This document shows, one piece after another, positions 18,882-28,974 of a DNA stretch of 64,000 nucleotides. Made by a program: the position numbers and the translations under genes. The notes beneath the pieces are model-generated. The model made no database searches. It saw only the letters and a list, made by a program, of their open reading frames with translations, and was not told where the DNA came from. Within the stretch, counting starts at the first letter, position 1, and the number at the start of each line of letters is the position of its first letter. Source of the DNA: Zoogloea sp. (lineage in GTDB: Bacteria; Pseudomonadota; Gammaproteobacteria; Burkholderiales; Rhodocyclaceae); assembly GCA_016789125.1 (NCBI GenBank), contig JAEUNU010000140.1:6338-70337 (forward strand), in the 5' to 3' direction.

Positions 18882-20052
18882 CAGCCCGGCCCGTCAGACC
18901 ATAGCGCTTGCCGCTGCGGTTGGCGGTATCCATCATCAGCGCGTCCGCGTAGAACTTGGTCGCCCAGTTGGGGTACTGCCACGGGTGGTAGCCACCATTG
19001 ATCGGGTGGGAGCCCTTGATGCCGCCGACCACCGCCTTCTCGTCGCTGGCGAGCTGCTGGGTCTGCTTGACGAAGCCGAGGATCCGCGTGGTGGCGTCGC
19101 GATAGCGCGCTTCGCCAGTGATCTGGAACAGGCGGCCCCAGTTGATGCCGAGCTGGCAGTCGCCGGTGAGGCAGGACCACTTGACGGTGGGCTGCCAGTC
19201 GGCATCAAAGCGGCCCGGCAGGCGGCCATCGGCGGGCAGCGCGGCCAGCATCGCGTCGCCGATCTTGCGGGCGGCCAGCATGAAGTCTTCGCGGCCGGCG
19301 TAGTCCCCGATCTCGAGGAGTCCGCGCATCGCGTAGGCGATGGTGTGGGTGAAGGGCTGGGCGCTGTCCTGCAGGCAGTTGGTCTCCAGCCAGCCGTTGG
19401 CCCGGGCCTGGGTCAGGGCCCATTCGCAGTTGCGTACGGCAGCGTCGAGGAAGCGCTTCTCGCCGGTGATCTGGTGGGTGCGGGCCAGGCTCCAGGCCGA
19501 GCGGGTGTTGTAGGTGTTGATGTCCTTGCCGGTCATCGGCGAGCCGAACTTACGCCAGCAGCCGTCATCGTCCATGATGTCGCACAACCAGGCGGAGGCG
19601 CGCACGGCGGCGTCGCGGTAGCGCTCGTCCTGCTCCTCCTCGAAGGCACGGACCCAGCCGAAGATCACCTGCCCGGTGTTGAACACCGTCGGCTTGTCGG
19701 AGTCGCCCAGCGCGCCGGCCAGCACGCCGCCGCCGGGCAGCTGGATGTCGATCTCCCAGTCGGCCATGCGTCGGGCGCGGGCGCGGCTGTCCTCGTCGCC
19801 GGTGATCGCGGCGTAGCGGTACATCGTCGGGATGATGTAGCCGGTGGTTTCCGGGTAGGACGGCGCCCATTTGTTGTAGCGGACAAGCCAGGTCTGCGCG
19901 ACGCCGCCGTTGCCGGTGACGTCCTGGGCACGCTTCAGCCAGGCTATGGCCGCGTCCAGGTGAACACGGTTGTCGGCCGGGGCGGTAAGACCGATACCCA
20001 GGGTGTCCTTGAGGATGAGACGCTTCTGACGAAGGGTTTCACTGATGCTCAT
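18871..20052 (-). CDS. Uncharacterised alpha/alpha-barrel-like protein (prenyltransferase/squalene cyclase repeat-like) in the EPS cluster
   Basis: Repeats WLKRAQD, WEIDIQLPGGG, WLCDIMDDDGCW and WALTQARANGW (QW-like), plus SYPETTGYIIPT. Confidence 0.65.
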   Translation of the reverse strand: MSISETLRQKRLILKDTLGIGLTAPADNRVHLDAAIAWLKRAQDVTGNGGVAQTWLVRYNKWAPSYPETTGYIIPTMYRYAAITGDEDSRARARRMADWEIDIQLPGGGVLAGALGDSDKPTVFNTGQVIFGWVRAFEEEQDERYRDAAVRASAWLCDIMDDDGCWRKFGSPMTGKDINTYNTRSAWSLARTHQITGEKRFLDAAVRNCEWALTQARANGWLETNCLQDSAQPFTHTIAYAMRGLLEIGDYAGREDFMLAARKIGDAMLAALPADGRLPGRFDADWQPTVKWSCLTGDCQLGINWGRLFQITGEARYRDATTRILGFVKQTQQLASDEKAVVGGIKGSHPINGGYHPWQYPNWATKFYADALMMDTANRSGKRYGLTGRADAV

Positions 20053-20089
20053 GATGATTTCCAGGATTGATTCGGAGTGTTCTTGATCT

Positions 20090-20938
20090 TCAGGCAGAGG
20101 CTGCCGGCGGGGCGTCGAAAAAATGCTGGCCGCCGGCCACGAAGCGGGCCGACTCGCGGCTATGCTCGGCAGCCCGGATCCAGGTCAGGGCTGTCCGGCC
20201 AAGGCGATCAGCGTGCAGCACCCCGCTCTTCTGAAGGTGCTCGACGAGCCGGTCCTCGCGGCGCAGGCGGTTGGCCTCGGCAGCGAGCACCCGGACAGTG
20301 CAGTCGAAAGGCTGCCCGTCGCGGCCGATCACCACGCCAGCCACCGGCTCCAGCTCGTAGAGCGGGCATGGCAGGGTGGCTTCGAGCTGGTCCTCGACGA
20401 AATGGGTGTAGGTGAAGGTGGAGAACGGTGCATCGAAGCCGACGATCAGCGCATCCCGGGCCAGCAGGCGGGCAAACGGCGAGGCCTCGCCGAAGGAGCG
20501 CTCGGTGCGCTCGTGCCCCTCGACGAAGGCCGCCGCGTCACGCCCCCAGGCCAGCAGCGGATGGGTGACGCTGAGGCTGCGCTGGACGCCTTCGCTGCGC
20601 CGGAAGACCTCGGAGACGAGGCCCATCATCGACGGGCTACGCAGCACATTCATCGGCTTGCCTTTGGCGAGCCACTGAGCCGAGCTCATGTTGTGATAGG
20701 GCATCGACGGCATCACCAGCAGGCCGTCCTCCCCCACTGCGGCCTTGAGGGTGCGCACCACATCGGCGGGCTTGCCCTGGAAGCCGCTGTGCTGCAGCCA
20801 AGACGAATGGAACATGACCGTCGAGCCGGGCACCACGCCGATCTCGCGCAGCCGGGCGGCCAACTCGGCGGGGCCGTAAGCCCAGAGGGTGCGTGCGGCC
20901 TGGGCCTTGGCCCAATCCTTGAGCTTTGACAGCTTCAT
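20090..20938 (-). CDS. AAC(3)/YokD family acetyltransferase
   Basis: VMFHSSW, GLLVMP, MGLVSEVFR, RSLSVTHP..AWG, FGEASPF and TYTHFVE. Start MKLSK overlaps the upstream stop. Confidence 0.82.
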   Translation of the reverse strand: MKLSKLKDWAKAQAARTLWAYGPAELAARLREIGVVPGSTVMFHSSWLQHSGFQGKPADVVRTLKAAVGEDGLLVMPSMPYHNMSSAQWLAKGKPMNVLRSPSMMGLVSEVFRRSEGVQRSLSVTHPLLAWGRDAAAFVEGHERTERSFGEASPFARLLARDALIVGFDAPFSTFTYTHFVEDQLEATLPCPLYELEPVAGVVIGRDGQPFDCTVRVLAAEANRLRREDRLVEHLQKSGVLHADRLGRTALTWIRAAEHSRESARFVAGGQHFFDAPPAASA

Positions 20939-22353
20939 CGGGCAGGAGCTCCCTGGCGGCCGTCGACGACTTCGTCGAGCAGCCGGGCGAGCCGGGCGGT
21001 GATCGCCTTGCGGTCGAACTGGGCCAGATAGGCGTCGTCGGAATCCACCTGCTCGGGCACCGGCCGGGCGAGCCAGTCGCGCAGCATCGCCTCGCAGGCC
21101 TCGGTCGATTCGGCGGGCACGGCGCGGCCCAGACGGGCCCGTTCGATGATCTGCTGGGTCGCGCCGGGGTCGCACAGGGCGAAGATGGGCCGGCGCACCG
21201 ACACATATTCGAAGAGCTTGCCGGGGATCACACCATCGGAGGTCTCGCCGGTGTCGACGATCAGCAGCAGATAGTCGCAGTTGACCTGGGCGTTCATCGC
21301 TTCGGCGTAGGACACGTCACCGGCAAAATCGTAGAGGTGGGCGATGCCGTACTCGGCGAGGATCTGGTCATAGCGCTTGCGGATCGACGGCTCGACACCA
21401 CCGAAGATGCGCACCCGCGCCCGCGCGGCGAGCGCCGGGTCGCTGCGGTGGATACGTCCCAAGGCCTCGGCGAAGGCGTAGCCGCGGCGGTTCTTGAAGA
21501 GACGGCCGGTGTACACGAACTCGATGGTCTCACCGGTGAAGGGGCGCGTACGGGCACGTTCGCCATAGAGCTCGGTGTCGTAGCCGTTGGTGAGGGTTTC
21601 CCAGCGGGCCTTGAGCCCGGGGTGCAGGCGCTGCATGTAGGCGGTCTTGGGCTCTGAGACGGTGACGATCACGTCGGCCTCGCGCAGCAGGCGGCGCTCC
21701 ATGCGCAGCTCGATCTTCTTGCGCCAGTCGGGCACCCATTCGCGCAGCACATCGCCGTACCACAGGTCGCGGTAGTCGGCGATCCAGGGCAGGCCGGTCT
21801 CGCGGCGCAGTGCGTGGCCGACAAACATGCTCGAGAAAGGCGGGAGGGTCGTGTAGACCGCATCGATGTGGCGCTCAGCGCACAGCTTGCGCGCTACCTT
21901 GAGGGCTTCGTCGGCCCACAGGCGATAGTCGTCGGGAACATCGACAAGATTACGCAGCACCCAGCGCGTCATCGCGTGGGCGTGATCCATCAGCCCGCCG
22001 GAAGCCACCGTGGCCACCGGTGCCGCCACGGCCACAGCAGCACCGGACGAAGAGCCGGCACCGAGCGAGGCCGGTGCGGCCGGCTTGCGCCCGAGCATGC
22101 GTTTGACCGCATTCGCGATCTCCTCTTCCCGGTTACGCGCCTGCACCCGGACGACTTCGACACCGTCGGCAATCTCCGCCATCAGGGATGGGTCGTAGTT
22201 GGGCTCTGTGCCGCGGGGCTTGAGAGTGATCACGATCGAGCGCCAGCCATGCTGGCGGAGCTGATCGACGAACTTGACCGTGCGGATACGCCCGATGGTC
22301 TTGAGCGGAGGAAATTCGCCCGCGATCACCAGCAAGGTGCGCGGTTCAGCCAT
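20935..22353 (-). CDS. Glycosyltransferase family 4-like
   Basis: FPP..IGRIR, TTLPP, WIADYRDLW, LTNGYD and IPGKLFEY. Confidence 0.85.
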   Translation of the reverse strand: MAEPRTLLVIAGEFPPLKTIGRIRTVKFVDQLRQHGWRSIVITLKPRGTEPNYDPSLMAEIADGVEVVRVQARNREEEIANAVKRMLGRKPAAPASLGAGSSSGAAVAVAAPVATVASGGLMDHAHAMTRWVLRNLVDVPDDYRLWADEALKVARKLCAERHIDAVYTTLPPFSSMFVGHALRRETGLPWIADYRDLWYGDVLREWVPDWRKKIELRMERRLLREADVIVTVSEPKTAYMQRLHPGLKARWETLTNGYDTELYGERARTRPFTGETIEFVYTGRLFKNRRGYAFAEALGRIHRSDPALAARARVRIFGGVEPSIRKRYDQILAEYGIAHLYDFAGDVSYAEAMNAQVNCDYLLLIVDTGETSDGVIPGKLFEYVSVRRPIFALCDPGATQQIIERARLGRAVPAESTEACEAMLRDWLARPVPEQVDSDDAYLAQFDRKAITARLARLLDEVVDGRQGAPAR

Positions 22354-23602
22354 ATTGAGCTCCCGTTGTTTGCAGTTTCTTGCAAAGATCCTGAAAGATC
22401 AGGACCCGATTTGACCAGCTGTTGGCCTGGGCATGGCGCAGGGCACCCGCCTCGAGGCGGGCCCGGAGGGCTTCGTCCCCCAGGACAGAGTTGATTGCCG
22501 AGGCGATTTCGTCGACCGACTCGCCGTTCACCAGCAAGCCGCTCTCCCCGTGGCGCACCGCCTCGACAGCGCCCCCCGCCCGCCCGCCGATGACGGCCCG
22601 GCCACAGGCGTTGGCCTCGAGGAAGACGAGCCCGAAGCCTTCGGTGTCGCCGTCGGGCATGGTGCGGTTGGGCATTACGAAGAGGCTCGCGCTGCGATAG
22701 GCCGCCAGCAACTCTGCGTCGCTCACCGAACCGGTCAGGGTGATGCTGTCGGCGACACCGGACGCATCGGCGAGGGCCTGCAGCTCGGCCCGCTGGGGCC
22801 CATCACCGACGATCACCAGTTGGGCGTCGGGATGTGCGGCATGGATGGCCGGCCAGGCCGCAATGGTCTTGTCGAAGCCCTTGCGCGGCACCAGGCGCCC
22901 CACTGCCACCACCAGGCGCTTCTGCCCCAGGCCGAACTTGGCCCGGAAGGCCGCGTCGTCCGGGCCGGGCGAGAAGCGCAGGGTGTCGACCCCATTTTCG
23001 ATCAGGCAGACCCGCTCCGGGCGGACGCCCATCTGCTCGACCAGGGCCTTCTGGGTGAAGCGGCTCACCGACACGATGCCGTCGGCGGCCTGGAGGTAAC
23101 TCCGCCGCCGCCGCCCGAAGGAGCCGGCGCTGAAACGGGTAGTGATCTCCTCGCCATGGACGTAGAGGATCACCGGAATACCGAGCACTTTTTTGAACAG
23201 GCTACCGAGCCAGGCCGACGAATTGAGTTCGCCGATGCAGATCACCCGCACCTGGTGCTTCCTCACCAGCGACCACACCTTGGCCACCAGATGCACCCGC
23301 AGTGGAATGTCGATAGTCAGGAAGCGCCAGGCGGAAACCAGCTTGTTGGCCGGCGGCGGCGTCATCTCGGGGCGCAGGAGGTCCATACGATACACCGGAA
23401 AGCCACACTGCACGTCGTGCTCGCGCCAGCCGGCTATCTCCTTGCCGTCGGTGTAGTTGCGCCGGGTCGCCAGTGCAACCATGTTGCCGGCGGGCTCGGA
23501 GAGACGGCACAGGTTGGCGTACACCGTGGCCGACCCTCCCTGGATCGGGCTGAAGATGCTGGCCACCATCAGGCAGGCCCCCGGCTTGGCTGCTGAACTC
23601 AC
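22346..23602 (-). CDS. Glycosyltransferase family 4 (PimB-like)
   Basis: HGEEI, VGRLVPRKG and EGFGLVFLEANACG. Confidence 0.9.
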   Translation of the reverse strand: MSSAAKPGACLMVASIFSPIQGGSATVYANLCRLSEPAGNMVALATRRNYTDGKEIAGWREHDVQCGFPVYRMDLLRPEMTPPPANKLVSAWRFLTIDIPLRVHLVAKVWSLVRKHQVRVICIGELNSSAWLGSLFKKVLGIPVILYVHGEEITTRFSAGSFGRRRRSYLQAADGIVSVSRFTQKALVEQMGVRPERVCLIENGVDTLRFSPGPDDAAFRAKFGLGQKRLVVAVGRLVPRKGFDKTIAAWPAIHAAHPDAQLVIVGDGPQRAELQALADASGVADSITLTGSVSDAELLAAYRSASLFVMPNRTMPDGDTEGFGLVFLEANACGRAVIGGRAGGAVEAVRHGESGLLVNGESVDEIASAINSVLGDEALRARLEAGALRHAQANSWSNRVLIFQDLCKKLQTTGAQYG

Positions 23603-25170
23603 CTCGCCTCCCCGGTGTCTCCACCCGTGGCAATACGCTCGAGGTCGGCGGCGATGCCGGCCATGTGCTCGTCGGCAAAGGCTTCCGCGATCTTCCGGGC
23701 ATCGGCCAGGCTCTCGCGGCTGTATGCGGTGATTGCGATGACAGCCGCATCATCACCCCTACCGCGCAGGCGGGAGGCGAGTTCGAGCAACTTGCTGAGC
23801 GAGTCGTTGGTAGTCAACATGCCGTTCACCCAATACACATGGTGTAGCGCCGCATGACGACCGTTCTTGAGGTAGGCCTCGACGCCCATCTCTGGAACGC
23901 CGGCACGCGCAGGGGACCGCGCCGACGCAGCCCAGCTCCAGTCCTTGGTCGGCTCGTAAGCATTGTTCACGCTCACCAACTCGACCCCCTGGCGCTGGTT
24001 ACGAAAATAAGCCACGAACACATCGATCTGATGAGCGCGATAGACGAAGCGCCGCTCGTAGCTGACACGCGCCCCCGGGAAGATCGGGCGAACGCCTTCG
24101 TCCGCCGAACTTCCATGCTCGAGCGCGGCGAGAGACTCCATGTGCAGAACCGGCATGCTTCGTAGCGGCAGGTTTTCCATCTGGACAGCCCCGTAATGCC
24201 AGCTGAAGGGGACTGCAACGGCCAGCACCCCCATGCCCAGGAAAGATGCCGCAGACGCCAATCTCATGTTCTGAGGCGGTGGCACTTCAGGCACGGGATC
24301 GCGCCAGCGTACACCGACGGCAAAGCCGGCGAACACCGCGACACCAAAGATCACCCAGCCAAGGGCCAGGTGGCTGAGGCCCAGGCCCCATTCGTTCTCG
24401 GTGAGATGCGCGACCATCACGATCACGTAAGCCCTCACCCAGTTAGCTATCAGCGGCATGAGGACCGACCACACCATGAACAGCACGCGCTTGTGGGTGC
24501 GGGTGTAGGTCAGGTAGGCAAAAACGGCGCCGATGAACACCGAGGTCAGCAGATAACGGATCCCACCACAGGCCTCGACTACGGACCAGCGGCCGCTCGG
24601 AATCACGAAGTTGCGGCCCTCCTGAAAAACCGGCACGCCCGAGTAACGCAGGGCAAGCACCGTAGCGTCGGCGGTCCAGTTCATGAGATCCGGCAACACC
24701 TCATGGCCGAAGGGCACTGCAAACAGCAGGAAGGCCAGCGGCCCACGCACCGTCAGGAAGGCCTTGTCACCCATCACCGCCCAGACCGCAAAAATCAGCA
24801 TCAGCACGATGGAGAACTGCACCACCGCAGCAACCGCTACGGTTTCCCCCAGAAAGGCCACCAAACCGGAGAGCACAAGGAGCGCAAAGCCCCTCCAGGA
24901 GGGCCTGAAGCCAATTCCCGACAACATCGCGTGCTTTGTCCACAACAGGTAAGCCACGACGAGCAGCACCACGTAGCCGTGAGCGTGACTCGGCAAGGTC
25001 TCCCAGGCCTCGAGCACCAGCGCGACCTGGGTCCGGAAACTGAAGAGGATGGCCGCCCAGACGAGGAGCACCACCAGCAAGGGGAGCAGCAATGCCCCGC
25101 CACGTTGGCCAGCGGCGCCTGAGGAAAGAGCACCTGCGGCGTTCCCGGAGCTGTTATTGATGAATGACAT
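23599..25170 (-). CDS. xrtA: Exosortase A (EpsH) fused to an EpsI-like periplasmic domain
   Basis: HAHG, WSVVEACGGIRY (Cys), NWVRAY (Arg) and SHLALGW (His). C-terminal YFRNQRQGVELVS..N and YWVNG match EpsI. Confidence 0.9.
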   Translation of the reverse strand: MSFINNSSGNAAGALSSGAAGQRGGALLLPLLVVLLVWAAILFSFRTQVALVLEAWETLPSHAHGYVVLLVVAYLLWTKHAMLSGIGFRPSWRGFALLVLSGLVAFLGETVAVAAVVQFSIVLMLIFAVWAVMGDKAFLTVRGPLAFLLFAVPFGHEVLPDLMNWTADATVLALRYSGVPVFQEGRNFVIPSGRWSVVEACGGIRYLLTSVFIGAVFAYLTYTRTHKRVLFMVWSVLMPLIANWVRAYVIVMVAHLTENEWGLGLSHLALGWVIFGVAVFAGFAVGVRWRDPVPEVPPPQNMRLASAASFLGMGVLAVAVPFSWHYGAVQMENLPLRSMPVLHMESLAALEHGSSADEGVRPIFPGARVSYERRFVYRAHQIDVFVAYFRNQRQGVELVSVNNAYEPTKDWSWAASARSPARAGVPEMGVEAYLKNGRHAALHHVYWVNGMLTTNDSLSKLLELASRLRGRGDDAAVIAITAYSRESLADARKIAEAFADEHMAGIAADLERIATGGDTGEAR

Positions 25171-25183
25171 GGATCGTGACTCG

Positions 25184-26524
25184 CTAATTCGTCTGCAATT
25201 GGCTGGCAGGCTGCGGCTCGGCGGTTGCAACCCCGGTCGGACGAGATTTCTCCTCGGCCAGCCTGTCCTTCACCCATCGCTGGAGTGCCACCAGAATGAG
25301 CATGTAATAGAAAGGCATGTCCCAGTAAGCCAGGCTCAAGAAAGCGCCCCCCACCGCAAAACCGATCAGGGCGACCCGGACCATGGAGGCTAGTTGCAAG
25401 GCCCACTCGGCATCGGGCAGGCCCTTGGTAAGCTTGATCACCCGGGTCGACATCCGAAGTGTCACCACCCAGAACATCAGATAGAGCGCCAGTCCGATGT
25501 AGCCATGCTCGCCGAGAACCTGAAAGTAGATGCTGTGCGCGACGATGACGAAGTTCGGATTGGGTGCGAACAAGTGGTAGATGAAGGGCGAATCGGTCGC
25601 GAAGCCTGCACCCGTGATGCGGCTGTTCGCGATGTTGATCGCCATCGTCCAGGCGTTGATCCGCCCCATGGCCGAGGCGTCAGCCTCGTAGGACTGGATC
25701 GTTTCCATGCGGGAGAACCACTCGCTGGGCATGAACATCACCATCACCGGCGCCAGTATGATCAACGCGATACCAATCGTCAGCTTGGCCTTGCTGCGCC
25801 ACCAGAACAACGAAGCCATCGCGAGCATGGCGAGCAAGGCTCCGCGGGAGTGGCTCCCCAGTGCGGCAAGGGCCGACAGGACCATAGTGGCGTAGAGGCC
25901 GCGACGCAACCACTTTCCCCCGACCCGCTTCACCATGGGCAGGCTGAAGCTGAGCGCCGACTGCTGTGCCAAATAATAAAGAAGCGGAATCGTCATGATG
26001 AGGGCGACAGCGAGTTCGTTGTTGCCCTCGACCGCGCTGGCGGGCGGCCCCCAAACCCGGAAAGAGCCACCCGTGATCAGTGTGAAGAAGCCGCCCTTCA
26101 GCCCGAAGAAGCCCATCGACGCTGCCACGACCCACACGAAACCGATGATTTCGTCCCGGGTGCGGATGATGGAGGCGAGAACCAGCACCACGCCGAGCAC
26201 CTTGAGCACCTCGACGTAGCGGGCGGCACTGGGGTCGGGAAGGATGGCCGACATGGTCGTGACTCCCATCCAGACGATCAGCATCGTGAGCACCGTGAGC
26301 GGGCTGCCGCCGGGCCATCGCACCTGCTTCGAGTTCATCAACATCGAAACGAGAACGATCAGGATCGCGATCATCGCGAACGGGAACGAATAGGCGAACC
26401 CCCAGCCCATGCGATGCGGATTCATTAGACCGATCCACACCCACAGCAAGGCGCCCACGTACGGCCGACGAAGGGCAAGTACAGCGCCGTAGGTGAATAT
26501 CAGGAGTACCGCGATGTCACGCAT
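25184..26524 (-). CDS. Putative O-glycosylation ligase/Wzy-like protein, exosortase A-associated
   Basis: MRDI..., MNPHR..WGF, RVWGP, NNELA, SRGA, SAMGRINAW and AHSIYFQVLGEHG. Confidence 0.88.
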   Translation of the reverse strand: MRDIAVLLIFTYGAVLALRRPYVGALLWVWIGLMNPHRMGWGFAYSFPFAMIAILIVLVSMLMNSKQVRWPGGSPLTVLTMLIVWMGVTTMSAILPDPSAARYVEVLKVLGVVLVLASIIRTRDEIIGFVWVVAASMGFFGLKGGFFTLITGGSFRVWGPPASAVEGNNELAVALIMTIPLLYYLAQQSALSFSLPMVKRVGGKWLRRGLYATMVLSALAALGSHSRGALLAMLAMASLFWWRSKAKLTIGIALIILAPVMVMFMPSEWFSRMETIQSYEADASAMGRINAWTMAINIANSRITGAGFATDSPFIYHLFAPNPNFVIVAHSIYFQVLGEHGYIGLALYLMFWVVTLRMSTRVIKLTKGLPDAEWALQLASMVRVALIGFAVGGAFLSLAYWDMPFYYMLILVALQRWVKDRLAEEKSRPTGVATAEPQPASQLQTN

Positions 26525-26530
26525 CAGCGT

Positions 26531-27766
26531 TCATGCCGTCAAGGTCGGATCTGCCGCAGCACGGCCACCCATGATTTGTTTGAACAGCGCCAGCTGACCG
26601 CGGGTCGTCTCCGCCCAGTCGAACTGCTCGGCATAGGCCCGAACAGCCTTTCGGGACGGATAGGCAGCGAGCAATTCACCGAGGGCATTCACCAAGGCAT
26701 CCACCGAGCGATCGGCCATCAGCCGACCGGCATCGGGCGACTGGATCACCTCCGGCGTACCACCCAGGGGAGTCGCCACCACGGGGGTTCCACAGGCCAT
26801 CGATTCGAGCAGGACATTAGCCCAGCCTTCACGGCTGGAACACAGTACAAGCGCATCGGCAGCGCTGTACCAGTATGACAGTTCGGACTGGGGGCGCGCG
26901 CCGGCAAATGTCACGCGATCGACGACATTGTGCTGTTCCGCCAGCGCTTTCAGATTGGCATGCTCCTCACCCTCGCCGACGATGAAGAGCCGTGCATCGG
27001 GGACGCGTGTCATTGCTTCGATGGCAATGTGATGCCCCTTGCGCTCGATAAGGTAGCCCACTGACAGCAGCACGCGCCCTGCCCCGATGCCGAGCCGGCG
27101 CCGCGCGTCGGCCTGATCGTGAGGCTTGAAGCGCTCGAGATCGACACCGTTGCGAAAGACATGGGTCTTATCGGCCCGCCCGCCCAGCTTGACGAGGCGG
27201 TCCATGAGGTCACGACAGACGCCAATCGAGCCGGCAGCCCTGGACTCCGCCCACTGGATGCAGCGGCGGGGAATCGGATAATCAGGCAGGAGCGTCAGGT
27301 CGGAGCCACGGGCGGTGACCACGAATGGCTTGCCGAACCACGAGGCAAGAATCGCCGCCGCAACCCCGTCCGGGTAGTAATAATGGGCATCGATGAGGTC
27401 GAAATCGAAACCCTCTTCAATCAGCCGCGCAACCGTCGCCCGCGCGCCCAGCGCGAGGGTCAAGGGCGCGATATTCATACCCACCTTGGGTGGCAGGACG
27501 TAGCGAGGATGCCAGACCTCGATACCATTGTGCACCTCGCGCCTCGGCGTGGCGGCATGCTTCGCCCAGACTCCGAAACGCGGATGGGCACTGGGAAACC
27601 AAGGCACCGGGGCAATCACGCGGGCTTCCACCTCGCCGCTGGTCAGCAGGTGCCGCAGACGTGTCTCCACAAAGATCCCGAAACTGGGGCGAACGCCGCT
27701 CGGATAAAGCGACGAGAACAAAAGGATGCGGATGGGGCGCGCGGGCCGACTGGAGGCTGCCATCAT
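26531..27766 (-). CDS. Glycosyltransferase family 4
   Basis: SSLYP, FVETRL, IDAHYYYPDG and EGWANVLLESMACGTPVV. Confidence 0.9.
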   Translation of the reverse strand: MMAASSRPARPIRILLFSSLYPSGVRPSFGIFVETRLRHLLTSGEVEARVIAPVPWFPSAHPRFGVWAKHAATPRREVHNGIEVWHPRYVLPPKVGMNIAPLTLALGARATVARLIEEGFDFDLIDAHYYYPDGVAAAILASWFGKPFVVTARGSDLTLLPDYPIPRRCIQWAESRAAGSIGVCRDLMDRLVKLGGRADKTHVFRNGVDLERFKPHDQADARRRLGIGAGRVLLSVGYLIERKGHHIAIEAMTRVPDARLFIVGEGEEHANLKALAEQHNVVDRVTFAGARPQSELSYWYSAADALVLCSSREGWANVLLESMACGTPVVATPLGGTPEVIQSPDAGRLMADRSVDALVNALGELLAAYPSRKAVRAYAEQFDWAETTRGQLALFKQIMGGRAAADPTLTA

Positions 27767-28974
27767 GCCGCGCCCCTCCCCGCCCGCGTCAATGCAGCAT
27801 AGACCGACACGTAATTGCGAACGCTGTTGCGCCAGTTGCGGACATCCTCGACGAAGCGCCGCCCGGCCTGCCGCATGGCAGGCCAGTGCCGGCGGTCGGC
27901 GAGCATGTCGCTGACGGTAGCCGCCAGGGCCCCCGCATCACCGGCGACGAACAGGCGCCCGGTCTCGCCGTCACGGATCAGTTCGCGGTGCCCGCCCACG
28001 TCCGAGGCGACGAAGATCCGCCCCTGGGCCATCGCCTCAAGGGGCTTGAGCGGCGTCACGAGCTCGGTGAGGCGCATCGAGTGGCGCGGATAGGCCAGCA
28101 GGTCGATCAGGTCGTAGTAGCGGCTGACCTCGGCGTGGGGCACGCGGCCGGTGAAGACCACCTTGCCTGCAATGCCGAGCCGCTCGGCCTGGGCCTTGAG
28201 CCTGGCCTCCTGGGAGCCGCCGCCGACCAGCAGCACACGCAGATCTGGCTGACTGGCGTGCAGCGCGGCGAACGCGTCTAGGAGCAGATCGAGGCCTTCG
28301 TAGGCGTAGAACGAGCCGACGAAACCCAGCACGGTGCAGCCCTCGAGGCCCAGCCGGGCCTTGAGCGCAGCGTCGGGCGTGCCGGAGAGCTGAAAACCCT
28401 CCACGTCGACCGCATTGGGGATGACGGTGACCTTAGACTCGGCGACGCCCCGGGCGACGATGTCGCGGCGCAGCCCCTCGCAGATCGTGAACACATGGCC
28501 GACCCGCTTGATCGCCCAGGTCTCCAGGGCCCGGGTGGCGCGGTAGCGCAGGCTGCCTTCGGAGGTGGTACCGTGGTCCACCGCGGCGTCTTCCCAGAAG
28601 GCGCGGATCTCGTAGACCACCGGAACCCCCAGCCGCCGACCGACCCGGATCGCCGGGATCGCGTTGAGCACCGGTGAGTGTGCATGAATCACGTCGGGCT
28701 TGAGCTCGCGGACGAGGGCCTCGAGGCGCTGCTCGGTGGCGCGGATCAGCCGCCATTCGTTGAGGCCGGCCGGGCCCGCTGGTGGCACCGGACAGCGGTA
28801 GAAATCGAGGCCATCGACCTCTTCGTGGGCCGCTGCGCAGTGGCCCTGCTTGGGCGACGTGAGGTGGAAGGTCTCCCAGCCGAGGGCGCGCTGCTCCCGC
28901 AGGATCGCCGCGGTGCGGAAGGTGTAGCCGCTGTGCAGGGGAATGGAGTGGTCGAGGATGTGGAGGATGCGCAT
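27763..28974 (-). CDS. PEP-CTERM/XrtA-system glycosyltransferase (GT4)
   Basis: MRILHILDHSIPLHSGYTFRT, YEIRAFWEDA and TPLKPLEAMA. Confidence 0.9.
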   Translation of the reverse strand: MRILHILDHSIPLHSGYTFRTAAILREQRALGWETFHLTSPKQGHCAAAHEEVDGLDFYRCPVPPAGPAGLNEWRLIRATEQRLEALVRELKPDVIHAHSPVLNAIPAIRVGRRLGVPVVYEIRAFWEDAAVDHGTTSEGSLRYRATRALETWAIKRVGHVFTICEGLRRDIVARGVAESKVTVIPNAVDVEGFQLSGTPDAALKARLGLEGCTVLGFVGSFYAYEGLDLLLDAFAALHASQPDLRVLLVGGGSQEARLKAQAERLGIAGKVVFTGRVPHAEVSRYYDLIDLLAYPRHSMRLTELVTPLKPLEAMAQGRIFVASDVGGHRELIRDGETGRLFVAGDAGALAATVSDMLADRRHWPAMRQAGRRFVEDVRNWRNSVRNYVSVYAALTRAGRGAA

